The notes under the pieces are model-generated. The model was not told the DNA's origin. It searched no databases and saw only the letters and a list, made by a program, of their open reading frames with translations. A program made the translations under genes and the position numbers. From a cyanobacterium endosymbiont of Rhopalodia gibba (GTDB taxonomy: Bacteria; Cyanobacteriota; Cyanobacteriia; Cyanobacteriales; Microcystaceae), in contig CP067995.1 of assembly GCA_045159875.1 (NCBI GenBank), forward strand, positions 2,560,001 through 2,624,000: a stretch of 64,000 bases of DNA, in the 5' to 3' direction. Within the stretch, counting starts at the first letter, position 1; the number at the start of each line of letters is the position of its first letter. Below, in pieces: positions 57,139 through 64,000 of this stretch.

Positions 57139-58455
57139 TCAATTAGGAGAATTTTTCTTATACCTTGCGATCGCTGCTTTTTTGAAGAATTCAATATACT
57201 GTTTGTATCCCTCAGGAAATACAATATTTAAGGTCAGTGGATCATCTTTGTCTCGGTGATCTCCCGGTCCTCTAATAACGCGTAATTCTTCTAGCAAATC
57301 TTTATTTTTAGGGTCGACAAACTTTTCTAGTTTTAGAGGGTTACGATTTTTAACTTCCCCACTACTACTATCAATATAAACGGTAATATTTCCTGACTTA
57401 AATTCTTTGCCAATCTCTTGAATAAGCTGTAAAAATCCGCGGTCACTCCCCCCCCGTTGAAAGCTCAATTGACCATTTATTTCTTTAGCTTTGCTAGTAA
57501 CGGTATCCCCTACTCCTATGATAGTTGGCATTTGTATTGGATCAAAATTATCTTTAATTAATTTCAGTATTTTTTGATGATCTTCAGGAGATTGTCTCAC
57601 GTTAAAACTTTCTCCTAATGGATACTTTCCCGTTTTATTGTAAAAGTAACGATTGAGGATAACCAGGACCCCAACTTCTTTAATTGCCCCCCGCAACATA
57701 AATTGAAAGTCTGTTGTTCCGGAGTCTTTCCCCTCAGCTATTTGCATGATTTCTCGTCCTTGAACATCTTTCCCTAAGTTGGGGGCATAATGAATAAAAA
57801 AGGAATTATTCAATCCTTGATTTTTAGCTTGTTCTTCCAAATTATCCATTAAAATTTTCATTGCCTGCTGTAATTGACAATAGCTATCTTCTTGATGCTG
57901 TAAGTATTCATGAAATATGTTTAAATTTACGGTTGGGGATACTTTATTGTCTAGGACAGTTAATTGAATTCCTTGTTTTATTTGACTTTCTTCCAATCCA
58001 TAATTATTTTGCTTAAAAAATTCGATTAACGCTTTTTCAATCTTCTGAGGAACTTGTTGTAAAAAGGTTAATTCTTCTTCACTAACTCCAGGATGAGAAA
58101 CATTCCCATGACAATCTTGCCATTGGACTCCACCACCCGCTAAACCTGGTAGATAAAAACCTCTATTTTGGACTAAATTGATATTCTTTAAGGTACGTTC
58201 AATAATTGCATTAACCCCTCGTTTGCCAATATGTTCCCCATTAGTTAGGACAAAAAAATGTCCTTTAAATAATTTAGTAGCTTCCAAATAACTTTTATCA
58301 ATTATCCTTGTTAAAGGATCTTTGACTAACTTCATACAAACACCATCAAGATCTTGAATAATTAAAATATTTTGCTGGTTAGAGATTAAATTGATAAGGT
58401 CCTGATGATCAAGAGATAAAGAACGTTGATGTAAGGGAGTATGGGTAGCAGACAT
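57139..58455 (-). CDS. stpA: Glucosylglycerol-3-phosphate phosphatase (StpA/GgpP)
   Basis: IIQDLDGVCM.LV.DP, LTNGEH.G.RGVN, YLPGLAGGGVQWQD, GVGDTVTS, RGGSDRGFL. Confidence 0.93.
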   Translation of the reverse strand: MSATHTPLHQRSLSLDHQDLINLISNQQNILIIQDLDGVCMKLVKDPLTRIIDKSYLEATKLFKGHFFVLTNGEHIGKRGVNAIIERTLKNINLVQNRGFYLPGLAGGGVQWQDCHGNVSHPGVSEEELTFLQQVPQKIEKALIEFFKQNNYGLEESQIKQGIQLTVLDNKVSPTVNLNIFHEYLQHQEDSYCQLQQAMKILMDNLEEQAKNQGLNNSFFIHYAPNLGKDVQGREIMQIAEGKDSGTTDFQFMLRGAIKEVGVLVILNRYFYNKTGKYPLGESFNVRQSPEDHQKILKLIKDNFDPIQMPTIIGVGDTVTSKAKEINGQLSFQRGGSDRGFLQLIQEIGKEFKSGNITVYIDSSSGEVKNRNPLKLEKFVDPKNKDLLEELRVIRGPGDHRDKDDPLTLNIVFPEGYKQYIEFFKKAAIARYKKNSPN

Positions 58456-59049
58456 TGTAATTAATAATTAAAAATACTAAAACCAAAAGTTGGGGCAAAA
58501 CCCTAATTGGCAATTTAATAATACATAGTTTGAATTTAACATAGTCATTCTCACTATGCAATTTTTATTAACTTCAGCTACTTTGAAAAAACAACACTAA
58601 TTTTTAACTTTAAACTTCATCAGAGATTAATTACCTTGATTTTTAAGATTTTTGTCATAGGTTAAAGGAAAGATATGCTATATTCCTCATTACTTATAAT
58701 AAAAGGTGATTTTTTTTGATTAACGAATATTTATTTTAATTTTTATTTAAAAATATGTTTATTTCTAATACGAACAACATAAAAAAATATAGTATTTGTG
58801 ACTCCACTCTGTTAATTTTTGGCTTCTAATGCCACTTTTTGCAAAAAACTAATTTAACAGAGTGCTATCCAAATCAATTCTTTGAGAGATCGCTATATTA
58901 ACTACATCAGTCTTGGTATCATAAGTTAGTAATTTTACTAAAAAAATAAAACATAAATATGTAGAGAAATATTTGAGTTTCATTTTTTTTATTTATTATA
59001 TTACAAGCCCTTTGTAAAAATTTGAAAAAACTATTTTTCTGATTAGAAA

Positions 59050-59960
59050 TAGATTTTGTAAACTAACACTAAAAATAGTCAATAAATCTCGTAGAAACTA
59101 ATCTCGCTGCAACCGTTGAATAAAAATGTAATTTTAAGCTACCGATTACAGTAGTTTTCTCAGAAAATACCACTCTATTTTTAGATCAACTATCTTAGCA
59201 AGAAGAAAACAATTGCCAGCCTTTCTAAAATTGAGGTTAAGACGATGCTAAAGAGTATAGTATCTAGGGTGTAAAAAATATTTTCTAAAATTAATAAAAT
59301 TTAGTTTATTGAAAGTAAAAAATATATCCAGGAAGAATTGTTTCATACTTTGAATACTTTACATGAAGGAGAAAAACGTCTGGTCTTAACTCCGGAGCGG
59401 CTCCTAAACGCATTCATCTTCTACCAAATAATATATCATTTTCCTATAAAATTAATTACAGATATTCAAATTACAGATATTCAAATTCCTAATCTGGAAA
59501 CTCACATAGCTATTCTACAAAAAAGCTCAATATGACAATGTATGTCTTCCTAGAAATGTAATTAGATATATTTCCATCAACTACATGTCTAAATTTTCGA
59601 GGGTACTTTAATTTAGGCGATCACCTATGTCTCTATTTCTGGACTATCGATAACAGTAGAAAATATTGCCCCTTGTTAAATCCTCCCATAGAAAAGGCTC
59701 TTGCTTTTCCAGAAATTATTCTGCGTACAGTAGCCGATAAACAGTATCAGTGGAAGTTTTAAAAGAAAGTTCTAGACTATGAAAAATAAGTCCAGCTCGA
59801 TAGCTAGAGATGTATTTAGTGCGTCAGTCAGCACATAGAGTTAAGTTTGCTCCAAATTGACAAAGAGATTATACAACGGTGTTATGTGATTGTGACATAA
59901 TTTCTAAATTATAGCCAAAAGACTGGGAACTTAGTCAAATCCTATCGGAGTTAAGTAATC
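59050..59960 (+). pseudogene. dnaA: Chromosomal replication initiator DnaA pseudogene (may begin near 58750)
   Basis: Fragments [32 protein letters not shown] (Walker B region), DIQIPNLETHIAILQK, YDNVCLPRNVIRYIS, EGTLI*AITYVSISGLSITVENIAP.LNPPIEK, AR*LEMYLVRQ..HIELSL and DYTTVLCDCDIISKL (domain IV, DHTTV). Confidence 0.92.
59454..59487 (+). repeat. 15-bp tandem duplication inside the dnaA relic
   Basis: aattacagatattca repeated twice plus aatt (ITDIQ ITDIQ). Confidence 0.9.
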
Positions 59961-60079
59961 GCATTAATATGGTTAGTTAGGTTCAATTCTGATTGTTTCT
60001 TTTTTAAATTCAATTTAGAGCCTGAGTGGTTGGACATAAGTAAACGGCACTATATTAATCTGTATTGTAGCTCTAAAAA

Positions 60080-60470
60080 TAATTGCGATAAACAAAGGCT
60101 AAAGTATGTCAACACAGTTAGCTATAAAAACTATAATTGACTAATGTCGTTTTTACGTTTGAAGTCTTTTTAAAGTTGGAGGAAGAGAAAAGTTTATTTA
60201 GTTTAAGCGAAGTCTAAAAAACGTTTTTAATAAAAATTAAAAAATAGAGCTAGTACCACTATATTGTCAGCAATAAAATAGAGAGCAGAAAAGATAATTT
60301 ATTGTTAAAAATATAATTATTTGATAGTTTACATAACAATTTACGGATGAAATAAACTTGAATTAATAGGATTATGGAATGCTCCGCGAAGCTGTAGAAG
60401 AAGCTTGTTTACAATATCTAGATAAATCAAACTTTAATCTTTAGTCAGCCATTACTTATATTTGACTTAT
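60080..60470 (+). repeat. Decayed dispersed repeat copy B (paralog of 46990-47390)
   Basis: Aligns with copy A; carries only the 10-bp core tatctagata where copy A has a 42-bp perfect palindrome. Confidence 0.8.
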
Positions 60471-60499
60471 TTCTCAAAATTAAGAATGAATTACAAAGA

Positions 60500-60960
60500 A
60501 AAAAAGAAGATGAATTGGACAGTAAAATATTGGAATATTAATGAGATAGCAATTTCGATTTAGATAGATTAAGGAAAAAGTAACTAAAAAATATTAGTTA
60601 CGCAAAAAAATAAAGCTACACTCAATAGATATTTTTACAAGAAGTATAGAACTACTTTTTCATGAGATAAGATAGCTTACTTGCATAAAAAATAGATATC
60701 ATAGTCAGTATTTCTGGTATGTGTTGTTTAGTTTTAAAAATTAAGTTAACCTAAAAAAAATATTTTATGCCTTTGTACCCTATACAGATCAAGTTCAAAC
60801 TTAAAAAAAGAAATATTCGATAATATTTGAATGAATCAAACTTTCAGCCCTAGTTTTTATTGACAGAACTGGAGTTTATCTAGCCATGACTCGTCACTTT
60901 GCCAGAGCAACTAATGAAGGATGGACAAATCAAGAAGCTTTTCTCATTAATAAAACAAAA
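60500..60960 (+). mobile_element. Decayed IS630-family transposase relic
   Basis: IIVSISGMCCLVLKIKLT*KK and LVFID.TGVYLAMTRHFARA fragments. Confidence 0.75.
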
Positions 60961-61616
60961 GTAATGATATTATAATTGTGCCTAAGAGCTTGTGTGGTCA
61001 TAGATTTTACTGGCTCATAAAGCCACAAAAGTTAAATAAGTAATGGAATCCATAAAAAAAGTTAGTTAAAAATAAAAAAATATTTGTGAATTTAAGAATA
61101 TATAAATTTTATAAATTTCAATAAAGCTATTAATAAAGTAATTAATTTAGTAACACGATAAAGACATAATTGCTTGGTTTTCCCACTTATATTAGAGTAA
61201 ACTACTCAATTGAAACTCACTATAGATGAGCTTGCAGTGATAGAAGCTATTGAAATTATGCTCAGTACATAATAATTTAGAGGTAGATATATTTTCTATC
61301 AAGAATTGTAAGCTAGAGGAATTTGATTGACTTAAAAACATTAAAAAGTCTAAATATCATTAAAATAAGTTAATATTCAGTGTGTAACTTACGTTAACTA
61401 GTATCTATATTAATTTCAATTTTCATTTAAACTTCTTAGATGAAGAAGATCTCTTATTTTTTCCGTATAAATTTATAGTTGATCTATTTTTTAAACAGTT
61501 CTTTATAGAGTATTATTCATTTATTTTTTTTTTAAAAGTAAGTACTGGTAGGATTAAAATTTTAAAATAAAAAAAATAGATAATTTTTTATTTTAAAAAA
61601 ATGAAAAAGTTCAAGT

Positions 61617-61648
61617 ATTGAATATTTTTTAATAAAAAAATATTCAAT
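61617..61648. repeat. Inverted repeat, 14-bp arms, 4-nt loop (AT-rich)
   Basis: attgaatatttttt-aata-aaaaaatattcaat. Confidence 0.7.
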
Positions 61649-62909
61649 TTTATATCGTATATAACCAAAATAATTAAGACTAATTAGAAAAATTATATTT
61701 CTTAAATTTAAAACAACTTATTTGGGTATTGAATAATACTATTGCTTTAAGAAGCAATTATGTAGAATAAGTAAATTTCTACTCAAAAGAGCTAAGAAAA
61801 TTTTAACTCACTTGTTTAGTGCTTTAGGAGTTTTCATAAAGTTATAGTTTATACTGTTTAGATAGTTAATCATAATTTGATTTTAGAATATTTAAACTAA
61901 AATTCAGTTCTCTTGTTTTTTAAAAAATTTAGTCATTATTAAACAATTTTTAGTTAGTCTGATATACCATAATCGTTTTATATATTGTAGGCACGCTATA
62001 TTTTATATAATTTGTCAATGCATAAGTTCTAACTAATATCATCTTCAAACGGGAAAATACCTGTTTACAAAAATTTTTTTTTAACTAAGTTAACTAATTT
62101 AATTTGTTTAAAGTTATTGAGATCTTAAAACTGCCTGTACTTTTTTAAAAATTGGTAGAAAGTACATTTACTATTCCTAAAAGTATCAGTTAATTTAATA
62201 AATTAACAATTAAAAGATACTATATTTACTTTAAACGTTAACTAGATTTTAGATAAAACTTAACTTAATTTCCACTGCTTAGTATTAGAAGTTAATGAGA
62301 AAATAATTTCATATAATGTAGATCAAAATTATCAAATATTATATCAATTCAAACAACTTAGGTTTTATTTATCTTGGGATAATGTGACACATAATAATAC
62401 TCAATTACGATAAAAGACTTAAGATATTAAAAATATTTCAGAAGTTCTTAAGTTTAGTTGTAATGTTGATGTTCAAATGATAGCAGGGAGAGTAGTAACT
62501 CCAGAATAGACTAAATTTTTATAAAAAAATATGATTTAAATTGATGAGCGTAAATAAATAAAAAATCAAGAAGTAGTTAAAAATGAATAATTACTAGGGG
62601 CTAATCTGCTTAAAAATTAAGCTTCTAGAATTAGAAAAGTAAGTAGTATTAAAGTTAACTAGTGAGATGTTCTCTCCAAAACTAAGACAAAAAAATGAAA
62701 ACTAAATAAATGGTAAATTAGGTGAATTTATCAAACAATAAATAAAGAAAATTATGTAGATCTATTCATTCGACCTCTTACGCAACATAAAATAATAAAT
62801 TTATTCTCAAAGAATAAGGCTGGAAAAACAAATATATTTTTCTTAAAACAAGAAATATTAGCACATATCTTTTCCTCAAAAAATATCACTTATCTCTAGA
62901 AAGATAAAA

Positions 62910-64000
62910 TTAGTTTAACTTGAATAGAAATAAAAGTGTTTGTAAAATTCCTACCATAAATCCCAAGATTCCTCCCAGAGTTACAATAGCTTGTAATTCT
63001 TTTTTAACTATTCCTTTAACTGCTATTTCGAGATTTTCAGGAGTTGTAGCATTAACTCTATCAATAATTACTTGATCAATAGATAAAATTGGAATTGTAT
63101 GAGCAACAATTTTTTCTAAATCTTCTTCAAAATATCCTTCTAAAAGGAAGGCTAATTCTTCACTAATTTTTGTTAAAAAACTAGTTAATGTAGTCGAATT
63201 TTGTAATCTATTAATAATCAACATTGCTAATTGATCCCAGTCAATTGTATTGCCAAAACCCTTAATAAATTGTGTGCCCCTGTTTTGAATATAATCCTGT
63301 ACAGTTTCTCTAGTCGTTTTACGTAATTGTCTTACAGTAGAAACTGGTAAATTTTCTAAACAAAGACTTTGTAACCATTGCCGTAGGCGACTACGAAGTT
63401 CTAAAGATAGCATTAATTCCTTAAAACGGGTATTAGCCATTTCTTGTTCTTCTAAACAAAAATTTCGCAACCGTGTTAGGGTATTTTTGAGTCCAAATAA
63501 ATTAGCGACTATCCAATAAGTGCCACTGGTTTTTTCCCGAAATCCTTCATCAATGACTTGAATATTGCGATCACTCAAAAAATCAATTAGAGTTTGCCTT
63601 AAAACATCGGGAGGGAGAAGTGTTTCCAATAACCAGTCAGCAAACTGTCGCGCTTGGGTATCTGTCAAACAAAACTCAAGTAAAACCTGGTCAAAAATTT
63701 GATTAATTTGACATTCTAAGAAATCTTGACGACGAGCAAATGCCTTGAGAAGTCGAGGCAAAGACTCACTAAATAAGTCCCGTAAAATATCGGACAAAAT
63801 TCTAGCCGTTTTTTGTTCTTTATCGTTTTTAATCTGTTTAATAGCTAAGGTTAATAACCAGAAAATAGCAGACTGCACCCGTTCAGTTTTGAGCAAACGT
63901 CGTGCTAACTTTTGCAACTCTTCTGGGGTCAAAAGCGATCCCATAATTGTATCTGAGACCTTTTTAGCGAGACGTTCCTGGTTACGGGGAATCAATCCTG
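62910..64000 (-). CDS. DUF445 family protein, 3' part; start lies beyond the window end
   Basis: [23 protein letters not shown] and C-terminal [17 protein letters not shown]. Confidence 0.9.
   Translation of the reverse strand, partial: GLIPRNQERLAKKVSDTIMGSLLTPEELQKLARRLLKTERVQSAIFWLLTLAIKQIKNDKEQKTARILSDILRDLFSESLPRLLKAFARRQDFLECQINQIFDQVLLEFCLTDTQARQFADWLLETLLPPDVLRQTLIDFLSDRNIQVIDEGFREKTSGTYWIVANLFGLKNTLTRLRNFCLEEQEMANTRFKELMLSLELRSRLRQWLQSLCLENLPVSTVRQLRKTTRETVQDYIQNRGTQFIKGFGNTIDWDQLAMLIINRLQNSTTLTSFLTKISEELAFLLEGYFEEDLEKIVAHTIPILSIDQVIIDRVNATTPENLEIAVKGIVKKELQAIVTLGGILGFMVGILQTLLFLFKLN

Noticed and set aside
59338..59535. 65-aa ORF as a stand-alone gene
   Set aside because: It is an internal fragment of the dnaA pseudogene
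61560..61598. 15-bp A/T-only inverted repeat
   Set aside because: Homopolymer-dominated and plausible by chance at this AT content; not counted among the strong palindromes
1..64000. tRNA/rRNA genes, prophage, defence systems
   Set aside because: None recognised by eye; tRNAscan-SE or Infernal would be needed to exclude small RNAs

Overview
This is a cyanobacterial (Chroococcales, Crocosphaera/Cyanothece/Rippkaea-like) chromosome segment undergoing reductive evolution. About 30 intact housekeeping genes (amt1, ribD, rpmG, rpsR, RNase II, hemC, hemF, crtQ, thiE/thiS, ilvB, aspC, trpF, leuD, queG, lepB, pyrC, stpA and others) are separated by long AT-rich tracts. Where readable, these tracts are gene and IS relics. 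I recognised pseudogenes of chlB, pucC, psaK, ntcB and dnaA, plus TetR, YggU, SIMPL, HAD and HicA relics and IS630/ISL3 remnants. This pattern fits a non-photosynthetic N2-fixing endosymbiont such as the spheroid body/diazoplast of rhopalodiacean diatoms; that assignment is an inference. The most unusual signal is a set of 14 long, mutually unrelated perfect or near-perfect palindromes (arms 12-25 bp, loops 0-12 nt), found only in non-coding or pseudogene DNA. In two cases the sequence indicates the palindrome arose in situ by copying one arm over the other: inside the ntcB pseudogene, and in one of two paralogous relics. This suggests a strong template-switch (quasi-palindrome correction) mutational process in a genome with a decayed dnaA. 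All family assignments come from manual translation and recognition, not database searches. Pseudogene boundaries are approximate.
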